Assembly (NCBI GenBank): GCA_041736175.1 | Contig: JBGSUI010000181.1 | Span: 1-10,235, forward strand | Origin: Oligoflexales bacterium | GTDB taxonomy: Bacteria; Bdellovibrionota_B; Oligoflexia; Oligoflexales; CAIYRB01 | Direction of reading: 5' to 3' | DNA length: 10,235 nucleotides | In this document: piece after piece, positions 1 to 6,973 of the stretch | Position numbering within the stretch: position 1 is the first letter of the stretch | Layout of the letters: every line of letters begins with the position of its first letter | Notes under the pieces: generated by a model | What the model saw: only the letters and a program-made list of their open reading frames with translations | Database searches by the model: none | What the model was told of the DNA's origin: nothing | Translations under genes and position numbers: made by a program

Positions 1-929
1 AAGGTAGATTCGATCAGGGACTCGGGAGACGCAGGTTCTTGGATCAGTTCAGTAGAACTGGAGCCTATTTCCATGACATCGGTGAGCATGCCGTCCACTG
101 AGCGAGTCGCGCGGTCAACTTCTGAGACGAGGAAGGCGAGATTGCTTTTGAACTTGTTTGGGTCACTGGATGTGGCTTGGAGGAGGTTAAGGCCCGTTTT
201 GAGCATGGAAAAAGGCTTGCGGACATCGTGGGCGAGCATTTGGGTTGTGCTGGCAATTGCCGCTAATTTTTCATTTGTTTTTAAAGTCTCTGCAGATCTT
301 TTTATCGCTTCCCTTAAAAGAACAAATTCTATGCAGCATTCATTATTTATGTCGGGCACCCGGTTCTCTAGCAGAGAATTAGTAATTGACGCTAAGGGTA
401 GCCGGATGTTTTGCGTTATCGCATTTTGTATTGGGATCCAGGCCACTGTAATCGCTATAATTAGTAAACCGAAAATCAGAAATTTTTCATGCATTACTTG
501 CCACAAATCATTCATCGTCTCAAATTTGTAGAAAATTGTCCCTACATTTATTCCCCCTGATTGAACCAGAAGAGACCCATCAAATTTTCCTTCGACTCTA
601 CACTGATCCGGGGGGTGGGATTCAAATATTTGGTCCTCAGTTGTCTTCAGATATAGACACTGAATTGGCAGCTTGCCAAAAATATGCTGGATTTGGTAAC
701 CGAGACCGTCAAAATCTTTGAACGAATAGGAAGTCGTTAGGTCTGTGACAAACCGATCATTTAGCGCTACGATTTCATTTTTAAGATTTTCCCTTTGCTT
801 CATAAGAGTGAAGGTAGCCGAGATGGACGACCCAATTAATGCCGTAACAATTGCTACGACAAAGGCTCTTTTGAAACCAGTCTTAAGGATTTGGTCGAGT
901 GATTTTTGATCTGCTATTTTTCTTGGCAT
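1..929 (-). CDS. Membrane-bound sensor histidine kinase, partial (C-terminus lies beyond the left edge); absent from the ORF track
   Basis: Manual translation from ATG at 929 (MPRKIADQKSLDQILKTGFKRAFVVAIVTALIGSSISATFTLM...) stays open to the window edge. It has two hydrophobic segments (AFVVAIVTALIGSSISATF and FLIFGLLIIAITVAWIPI) flanking a roughly 105-aa extracytoplasmic region. A HisKA H-box follows, EKLAAIASTTQMLAHDVRKPFSMLKTGL (His codon at 228-230). The start overlaps the upstream gene by 16 nt. Confidence 0.92.
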   Translation of the reverse strand, partial: MPRKIADQKSLDQILKTGFKRAFVVAIVTALIGSSISATFTLMKQRENLKNEIVALNDRFVTDLTTSYSFKDFDGLGYQIQHIFGKLPIQCLYLKTTEDQIFESHPPDQCRVEGKFDGSLLVQSGGINVGTIFYKFETMNDLWQVMHEKFLIFGLLIIAITVAWIPIQNAITQNIRLPLASITNSLLENRVPDINNECCIEFVLLREAIKRSAETLKTNEKLAAIASTTQMLAHDVRKPFSMLKTGLNLLQATSSDPNKFKSNLAFLVSEVDRATRSVDGMLTDVMEIGSSSTELIQEPASPESLIEST

Positions 930-2071
930 TTTGCGAATTTCTTAAGTAGATTTGTTGATGTTTGTCTGCCACCGTCGTCGGCTATTCTAAAATTCCCTGT
1001 AGCTCCACTGAGAGTTTGGCCCTTAATTGTTGATGGAATACATGATGCGAAATCCTTTGAGTTCAGACGCTTATTTGTGCAAGAAATGAGTGCTTTAGCC
1101 AAGATTAGGCCAGTGTCGAAGGCCAGACCTGCCATGTCATTGGCAGGTTCTCCAAAGGTATTCATGTATTTCTGATAAAAATCTTCTTTTGCTTTTGAGG
1201 TTGATGAATCAAAACTCAATGAATTTACAAGACACATGGACGCATAGTCATTTATGTTAAAACCTTGGCCAAGGTAAGTCACTGGCCATGAATCTCCTCC
1301 GAAAGCAGTCCCCTGATATCCTTTAGATTTGAGGATTTTTAAGAGGCTAAGGCCCTCAATTTCATCTGTATAGAGACCTATAAATGCATGCTCTAAATTG
1401 TAGTCCTTAAAAATATCAGATGGGATTGGCGTTCCATGCATGATGCTTGATATCATTTTCACCTTCACACCGTAGAGCGCAAGTTTCTCTGCTAACAGAC
1501 GATTCATATCCACACAATAAGTACAATTTCGGGTCACTATCGTGGCGATTTCCCTTTCTTTACCTATTCTTGGGATAAGATACTCTATCAAAGCTTCAGT
1601 TTGTTTTGAATTGCGAAGAGCCATTGATAAAGTCCAAGAGTCTTTGCTAAGCAAGCGATCACTAGTGGCCATCGATGTGATAAACGGGACCTTGCCTTCT
1701 GTAACCGACTTCACCATCAGTGCTTGACCATCTTCCCTCAAACCGACAATAACATCTACGTTTCCATCAAGAAGTTCAGCTGCCGCTATCTTTGCTGCTA
1801 TTGGAGAACGTGAGACATTTTTTTCGATGATATTGAATTTGACTTTTGATTTATTCAAACCTTCACTCAGACCGAGCTTAAATCCGTTTAAGGTAAATAC
1901 ACCCCAACTTGGGGTTTTTCCATCCTTTAGCGTCAATTCATCTAAGAAACCAATTGTTATAGTCCTAGAAACCGGTTGGTTATCGTTTGCTAGTCCAAGC
2001 AAGCTGTTAGATTTCCACACCATTCCAAATGCTAGGATCAATCGAGGTATATTTGCTAGCTTTAGCTCCAT
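914..2071 (-). CDS. Periplasmic substrate-binding protein, type 1 (LivJ/LivK-like branched-chain amino acid/amide-binding family)
   Basis: 385 aa with a signal-like N-terminus. Motifs ITIGFL, GFKLGL, AAELLDGNVDVIVG, KVPFITSMATSDRL, FGGDSW, FYQKYMNTFGEP, AGLAFDTGLILAKAL and LSGATGNFRIADDGGR follow the Peripla_BP_6 pattern. Confidence 0.88.
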   Translation of the reverse strand: MELKLANIPRLILAFGMVWKSNSLLGLANDNQPVSRTITIGFLDELTLKDGKTPSWGVFTLNGFKLGLSEGLNKSKVKFNIIEKNVSRSPIAAKIAAAELLDGNVDVIVGLREDGQALMVKSVTEGKVPFITSMATSDRLLSKDSWTLSMALRNSKQTEALIEYLIPRIGKEREIATIVTRNCTYCVDMNRLLAEKLALYGVKVKMISSIMHGTPIPSDIFKDYNLEHAFIGLYTDEIEGLSLLKILKSKGYQGTAFGGDSWPVTYLGQGFNINDYASMCLVNSLSFDSSTSKAKEDFYQKYMNTFGEPANDMAGLAFDTGLILAKALISCTNKRLNSKDFASCIPSTIKGQTLSGATGNFRIADDGGRQTSTNLLKKFAKCQEK

Positions 2072-3438
2072 AGTTTTAACCGCCCGTCTTTTTCATATCC
2101 AAAAAAAGTTTGGACAGAGACTCGGCTCCCCTTTTTAAAGGCCCTCACCGCGTGTGGGAGCCTAGTGTTGAAAATAATTAGGTCGCCGGGTTGAGGAGCA
2201 ACGGTGATTGGTGCTCCGAGTCTTTCTTTCCAAAGACCTGGATTCTTGTTAAGGTCGTCAACTTCAGCGTGACTTAGTGACATGCCAGCCCAGAGCAATA
2301 ACTCACCACCTAATCCGTCATCCGGAGTACTTAGGTAGATATTAGCAGAGAATTGGTTTTCTAAAGTAAAATTAGGTGGCAAAATGTCTGCGTGAGGTCT
2401 GTTTTCGAGGACCTCAGCATTTTGCTGAGTTACTCTAACAATACCCGTAAACATTTTTGATCCGGAAAACTCACCGATGGAAGCACCTCCGGGCCACATT
2501 TCATCCAATTCTAACCTAAATTGATCAATTGGGGAAAGGTTTGGGGCAAAGAGAGATCTCAATCGGCGGATATTTTGAAGGGCTGAACGATGATACCTAA
2601 GGAATTCGGGGGTACCTTCACTTTTTCGAAAAGCGGTATTAAATGACACACCAAATCGACTAACCCCGAATTGAATCTTCTGGCTTACGCCTTTATCAGA
2701 CACTTCATAGTGATACTGCTCTAGTTCATGTTGAGATAAAATATTAGATGCGGCAACTGTGGCGCACTGTTGATCGCAATATTTGAATATTCTAACAGCA
2801 AGGATTTCTCCTGAAAATAGCTTCTCAAGATGCTGTCGTGCGAGCCTACTGGCATTAATAACGTGACCTTCGTTGGAGCAATGTTCGTCATTCAGCTGCT
2901 TTTGGTAGATTTCGAAATCACAATCTGTACCTAGGAGTGGTCCCAATTGCGGATAAGAATCCATGATTGAGCCAATATTAATCTTTTTATATCCTATCCG
3001 AGTATACCATTCCTTAAGATATTCTTTAAAACTATGTTTCCACGAACTCGGTACAAGTAATTCGAGCTGCATAGTACTTGCCCCCATATGGGAACATTTG
3101 TTTTCGGCATAGCTGACCAATTTAGATCCTATTTTTCCGTTTCGGCAGAGCGGATCAACGGCTAACATCCCAAATTCGCCAATGGAGGGATGTATGAGTT
3201 GAACTCGAACAACCCCGACAATCTTTTCATCGACAAACGCCGCAACTAATTCGCCTCTCTTTATCAGATCTTCTATCTCAGGAACATTAGTCCTTGAGGC
3301 TCCAACTTTCCAAATTCCATCCTCAGCATCCTGATAAACTCGATTAATCAATATCGCTATATTTTCTGATAAATTGAGGTCTCCTAGTTCGGGATTTAGG
3401 TTTCTAATTTCGAATTTATGACTTTGTTTAGTCTGCAT
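2062..3438 (-). CDS. Fusion protein: N-terminal GNAT acyltransferase plus C-terminal 2OG-Fe(II) oxygenase
   Basis: GNAT motif A GEFGMLAVDPLCRNGKIGSKLVSYAE and motif B WYTRIGY. Oxygenase motifs: facial triad H-A-D (2394-2386), QFSANIYL, GGELLLW, PQPGDLIIFN, distal His (PHAV, 2154-2152) and R-x-S (RVS). ATG 3438 is preferred over the track's 3510 because it has an AGGGGG Shine-Dalgarno-like site and only an 11-nt overlap with the upstream gene. Confidence 0.9.
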   Translation of the reverse strand: MQTKQSHKFEIRNLNPELGDLNLSENIAILINRVYQDAEDGIWKVGASRTNVPEIEDLIKRGELVAAFVDEKIVGVVRVQLIHPSIGEFGMLAVDPLCRNGKIGSKLVSYAENKCSHMGASTMQLELLVPSSWKHSFKEYLKEWYTRIGYKKINIGSIMDSYPQLGPLLGTDCDFEIYQKQLNDEHCSNEGHVINASRLARQHLEKLFSGEILAVRIFKYCDQQCATVAASNILSQHELEQYHYEVSDKGVSQKIQFGVSRFGVSFNTAFRKSEGTPEFLRYHRSALQNIRRLRSLFAPNLSPIDQFRLELDEMWPGGASIGEFSGSKMFTGIVRVTQQNAEVLENRPHADILPPNFTLENQFSANIYLSTPDDGLGGELLLWAGMSLSHAEVDDLNKNPGLWKERLGAPITVAPQPGDLIIFNTRLPHAVRAFKKGSRVSVQTFFGYEKDGRLKLWS

Positions 3439-4423
3439 GCTTTCCCCCTGTAGAGAAGATAGATTGGAGTTTCTTAAAAACTGTAATTTCTTTAAAAGTC
3501 GACCATTCAAAAATTATATAGCCACACAAAATTACTGCGATTCCGATAAGCATGAAGGGATCATTTAACTTTTCAGCTTCGTTTGGAATCAAGGCAACGC
3601 CCAAGAAAAATGTATAAGCAGGCACAAGCAGCAAATATGCAGAAAACCTTGCTAACGAAGATTTCAAAAATCCTAGGCACAAGAATACCAAGGGCAAGGC
3701 AAAACCGAAAAGAGATACTCCAATCAATTTACCCATTAAGGTCCAGGATATCTCAGGAATATTCATTAAAGGAGAATAGAGGATAAGTAGGAGAGACGGC
3801 ACGGAAAATCTAACAAACAAAACTTCGTCAGGTGAAAAATTTTTAGAAACTAATTTTTTTTGATTTGCTGAAGTCAATGAAGTTAAAACTGATGCTCCAA
3901 CAGCTAAACTGAGGCCAATCACTAAATATACAAAAAAACTGTCATGGCTATTTCCGATAGCAAAGGCTGAGGGCCCCATGAACAAAAAGACTCCGACGAT
4001 ACAAAGAGTAAGACCAGTTTTCATTCGGACGGACACATGATCGCCAAACATTTTACCAGCCAAAAAGGCCGTTGAGATGGGCATAAGCGCGTGCTCGACT
4101 AAGTTAAAGAGCGGTGCTCCAATCAAGATGATTCCGAAAAGGGTAGCGAGAAATGCCAGAAGAGTAGAAACACCTAGACTACCGACAGGGTATAAAAGCT
4201 CGGAAAAATTTTGACCTCGTATTTGCCTGGGGAGGCTTTTGAACACGGAGCCACCTCGCCACAAGATATTTGTGGCGAGTGCTGCGATGGTGGTCGTCCA
4301 GCAATAAATTGATAACATGAACACAGGGTCGATTTTTTCGGAAAGGAGTATTTGGCTGGCGACGTCTCGAGCTCCAATTAGAAATGCAAAAAGATTGAAG
4401 CAAACAAATGGTCCTATATTCAT
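3428..4423 (-). CDS. EamA/DMT superfamily transporter (probable small-metabolite exporter)
   Basis: 331 aa with about 10 hydrophobic segments arranged as two repeats. Typical segments: PISTAFLAGKMFGDHVS..GLTLCIVGVFL and LLLVPAYTFFLGVALIPNE..IGIAVILCGYII. Confidence 0.85.
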   Translation of the reverse strand: MNIGPFVCFNLFAFLIGARDVASQILLSEKIDPVFMLSIYCWTTTIAALATNILWRGGSVFKSLPRQIRGQNFSELLYPVGSLGVSTLLAFLATLFGIILIGAPLFNLVEHALMPISTAFLAGKMFGDHVSVRMKTGLTLCIVGVFLFMGPSAFAIGNSHDSFFVYLVIGLSLAVGASVLTSLTSANQKKLVSKNFSPDEVLFVRFSVPSLLLILYSPLMNIPEISWTLMGKLIGVSLFGFALPLVFLCLGFLKSSLARFSAYLLLVPAYTFFLGVALIPNEAEKLNDPFMLIGIAVILCGYIIFEWSTFKEITVFKKLQSIFSTGGKHAD

Positions 4424-4593
4424 ATCGATCTACTTTCTTCATATTTCGATAATTTAGCAAAGGATCGTAAGGTCTCTGCTGAGGATACCTCCTCCCCCAT
4501 AAATATCGCTGACGGGCATTCGTAAAAAGACTCACCGGCAAGGTGGGCGCCAAGTTCAAACCTCGGATCGACGTTCAGAATTTCGTTTGGCAT
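4420..4593 (-). CDS. Small 57-aa peptide of unknown function, first gene of the operon (below the ORF-track size cutoff)
   Basis: MPNEILNVDPRFELGAHLAGESFYECPSAIFMGEEVSSAETLRSFAKLSKYEESRSI*. AGAGGGG Shine-Dalgarno lies 7 nt before ATG 4593. Its TGA overlaps the EamA start as ATGA (4423-4420), the classic translational-coupling arrangement. Confidence 0.7.
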   Translation of the reverse strand: MPNEILNVDPRFELGAHLAGESFYECPSAIFMGEEVSSAETLRSFAKLSKYEESRSI

Positions 4594-4707
4594 ACTGATA
4601 CCCCTCTACTTATTAAGCTCCGAAATGAATCGATGGTTTTTGAATCTGTATTGTGGAAACTAAGAGTCAATGATGCAATTTAGGCATCTTTAGACCGAAC
4701 CAGCGCC

Positions 4708-4737
4708 ATAGTAAACAATTATCATTGTAAATGTCAA
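4708..4737 (-). promoter_or_regulatory. Sigma70-type promoter for the five-gene operon
   Basis: On the minus strand: TTGACA (4737-4732), 18 nt spacer, TACTAT (4713-4708). It has an AT-rich upstream tract and lies about 115 nt upstream of the peptide start codon. Confidence 0.65.
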
Positions 4738-4890
4738 GGATAATTAAATAGATAAGTGTTTTCTTTTTTATAGTTCATTGCTCCGCCCGGTCCGTACGCC
4801 AGGGGGCGCCGAGGTCTAGAAAGTCCTTATGGTCTGAGTTTTCCGGGGTGAATCCCCCAGGACCAAATATGCAAGTTTCGCACCATGCTT

Positions 4891-5100
4891 TTAAATTGGC
4901 AGATACCAAAATAATAATGGTCTGTTAAATGTTTTATATCGCATTTCTACCTGGTCCCCTTTTGAGGGTAGAATCGAGCTAGTGGTAACAAAAAAATACC
5001 AGTTAGAGGCCAATTTTGGACCCTTGTATTTCTGATCACAAGTAACATTTTTGCTGACTGAGATGCTAGGAGCTGCCTTCATCAGGTACAGATGGCCCAC
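4891..5100 (-). CDS. Hypothetical 69-aa ORF, or a fragment of a degraded gene at the immunity-gene position
   Basis: From the ORF track; GTG start, no clear RBS, no recognisable motif. Support is positional only (46 nt downstream of the toxin-like gene). Confidence 0.2.
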   Translation of the reverse strand: MGHLYLMKAAPSISVSKNVTCDQKYKGPKLASNWYFFVTTSSILPSKGDQVEMRYKTFNRPLLFWYLPI

Positions 5101-5145
5101 CTATCTAGAATTTCTGACTCTATACGAAGCCGCCAAAAAGATTCA

Positions 5146-6552
5146 TTATTCTTTTGAGCCGACAATGTAAGTGCCGTTAGGGTAGGAGGTTCTATAAAGT
5201 TTTTTGCCGGCATTGATGCGTAATTTTATGGCCTCTCCCCATGTTTGCGGCGGGAGATTTTTAGGAGTCGAAAAACGCTTGACCATTTTTTGTGATAAAA
5301 GCTCACCGTGGTCTCTAACAATGACCCTGGCTCTCACGCCTGCTCTTGATGCCGCGAGAAGCCTGGTATTATCAGCAGTGATGAGGGAACCATCCGCCAT
5401 TTTGACGATATCGATCGGTCCCGCAGAATCCAGCCAGCTACTTTGATTCATACTTTCTGTTATGGCCCGTGCACCACTAACGGTGTCTTGAGAAAACTTT
5501 ATGACGGCTGGATCGATGAGTTGGATGGTTGGTCCCGGTTTGATTTTTTGTGACGCAGCAGATATTCGCGCCAGCCGCGCCTCATAAGGATCTACAATCC
5601 CAAATTCACTCCAGCGCTTTTTGGGAATCAGAGCTATGTCTTCGGCCCCCACCCAAGCATTGGTCTTATAGTCAGTCGGGCTCATGCCTAAATCTTGGGA
5701 ACTATTGTTTATATTGTCGTTTAGTCTCACGGCGAGGATATGAGCCGTGGAAGCAGCAAAATTGTAAATATCCGCTCTTTCGGCAGCGTCTCCTGGACTG
5801 GTGGTAAAATGGGTAAACCCCCCAGAAGGGATTCTAAATTCTTTATATCTGAGCTTTAGATCCCGCAGATCAATGTCAGGAATATTGCGATAAACCTCGG
5901 CTAATCCTTGGTACCCACCCAACCGAGGATCAAGGCCTGCGGTGAGGATAAAATCTACATATTCAATCGGCGTTATATGAAACGCCAATTTACCCTGCTC
6001 CTTAAGCTTGAGGGCTTGCTCAAGATCAAGTTGACTGCTTTGAGGTGGGCTACGGGTGGTCAGGTGTGCTAGGGCGTCCGCGCAGGCCTGGAGCGCAGAT
6101 TTTAGGCGGATAGCGTGACTTTGTTTCCCTAGATCTAAGTCATCAAGATTTGATTCCTCGAGTTCTACAAGTTGAAGATAGGGACGACAAAACTTACTAT
6201 AGTTTGTGTTTTCTGTTGCAACTTCTCTGACCACTTGTTGGATGCATTCGGTCTCAGGGATTTGATCAGTGTTATGAGCAAAAAATTGGTTTATGTCCCG
6301 AACGAGGCTTGCAATACTGTCGACACTTACAATACCTGGTGACTCTGTGTGGCATGAGATACGGTGGTTAATCGAGTGGTGTATTGTTGGTTTTAAGGTG
6401 GTTCGGAGTGGACTGCATACCGAAACACTTGGGGGTTTTCCAGCCGGTAACATGGGATGAGATGTTTTAAGTGTCGCAGAGACTTGAGTATTGCAGGTGA
6501 CAGAAAACCAGGCAAAAAGAATGGTGATGAGAGACCCAGGCTTATAAGTCAT
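5146..6552 (-). CDS. Predicted secreted polymorphic-toxin-like protein with a central ADP-ribosyltransferase (KptA/Tpt1-like) domain and a C-terminal ParB/sulfiredoxin-like toxin domain
   Basis: Starting at ATG 6552 gives a signal-peptide-like N-terminus, MTYKPGSLITILFAWFSVTC. The C-terminus IDPAVIKFSQDTV...GPIDIVKMADGSLITADNTRLLAASRAGV...TWGEAIKLRI...YPNG resembles ParB-like toxin tips of RHS/haemagglutinin proteins. The middle region AFHITP..VDFILTAGLDP...THFTT...HILAVRL...YKTNAWVGAEDI parallels the KptA/ART-fold motif order. Confidence 0.72.
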   Translation of the reverse strand: MTYKPGSLITILFAWFSVTCNTQVSATLKTSHPMLPAGKPPSVSVCSPLRTTLKPTIHHSINHRISCHTESPGIVSVDSIASLVRDINQFFAHNTDQIPETECIQQVVREVATENTNYSKFCRPYLQLVELEESNLDDLDLGKQSHAIRLKSALQACADALAHLTTRSPPQSSQLDLEQALKLKEQGKLAFHITPIEYVDFILTAGLDPRLGGYQGLAEVYRNIPDIDLRDLKLRYKEFRIPSGGFTHFTTSPGDAAERADIYNFAASTAHILAVRLNDNINNSSQDLGMSPTDYKTNAWVGAEDIALIPKKRWSEFGIVDPYEARLARISAASQKIKPGPTIQLIDPAVIKFSQDTVSGARAITESMNQSSWLDSAGPIDIVKMADGSLITADNTRLLAASRAGVRARVIVRDHGELLSQKMVKRFSTPKNLPPQTWGEAIKLRINAGKKLYRTSYPNGTYIVGSKE

Positions 6553-6772
6553 ATCAGTTTGGCCTACATAAAAGTGATGGATATTTGAAAAAAGAACAAA
6601 ACAAATCAGCAACTGGGTCTGCAATAAATGTGCAAGAGTCTATCAGACAAAATTATAATTACTATAGGATGTTATATGCGATTTCAGGGATGGTTGTGGT
6701 CGGAGTTTGATATCTGACTATTTTGTTTACAATAGTCGGGAATGGAATCATACTTTCTAAAAGAATCTAGAT

Positions 6773-6973
6773 CTATTTAAATTTGTAAGCAGTCTTAGAT
6801 CTTTGTTCCACTCTCACGAGTGAGCCCGCAGCCACAAGCTTACCCAATTTGCGCACGTTAGTGGCCCGAGAAAGGTCCGTCTCTTTGACCACAAGCGCTG
6901 GTGTGATGGTTTTTTGCCTTCGAAAGAGTTCTAAAATAGACTAGGTATTCGGGTCTTTTCCATTAATGACCAT
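6773..6973 (-). pseudogene. Winged helix-turn-helix coding remnant interrupted by an in-frame TAG
   Basis: Manual translation gives MVINGKDPNT*SILELFRRQKTITPALVVKETDLSRATNVRKLGKLVAAGSLVRVEQRSKTAYKFK*, with the internal TAG at 6943-6941. The pattern IL.L......IT.........LSRAT..R.L..LV..G.L.R......Y is a typical wHTH. Confidence 0.65.

Noticed and set aside
65..721. Track ORFs 65..256(-), 73..531(+) and 536..721(+)
   Set aside because: They are shadow frames of the histidine kinase gene, which occupies 929 to the left edge on the minus strand.
2386..2394. Oxygenase domain as a halogenase
   Set aside because: The metal-binding motif is H-A-D; 2OG-dependent halogenases have HxG or HxA.
906..3786. 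Plus-strand ORFs 906..1175, 1542..1727, 1827..2138 and 3583..3786
   Set aside because: They are antisense to well-supported genes and have no recognisable motifs.
4174..4559. Minus-strand ORFs 4174..4377 and 4179..4559
   Set aside because: They overlap EamA out of frame. The 57-aa ORF with an RBS and ATGA coupling explains the upstream DNA better.
4780..4870. GC-rich hairpins as an ncRNA or group II intron domain V/VI
   Set aside because: No match to the domain V consensus or any RNA family I recognise. Degraded coding sequence explains it equally well.
5146..5526. ParB-like domain as a chromosome or plasmid partition protein
   Set aside because: No parA, no HTH or dimerisation domain, and it is C-terminal in a protein with a signal-like N-terminus. 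This fits a toxin tip.
5626..5988. Calling the gene kptA (RNA 2'-phosphotransferase)
   Set aside because: Only the NAD-binding half-like motifs are visible; no N-terminal RNA-binding lobe is recognisable.
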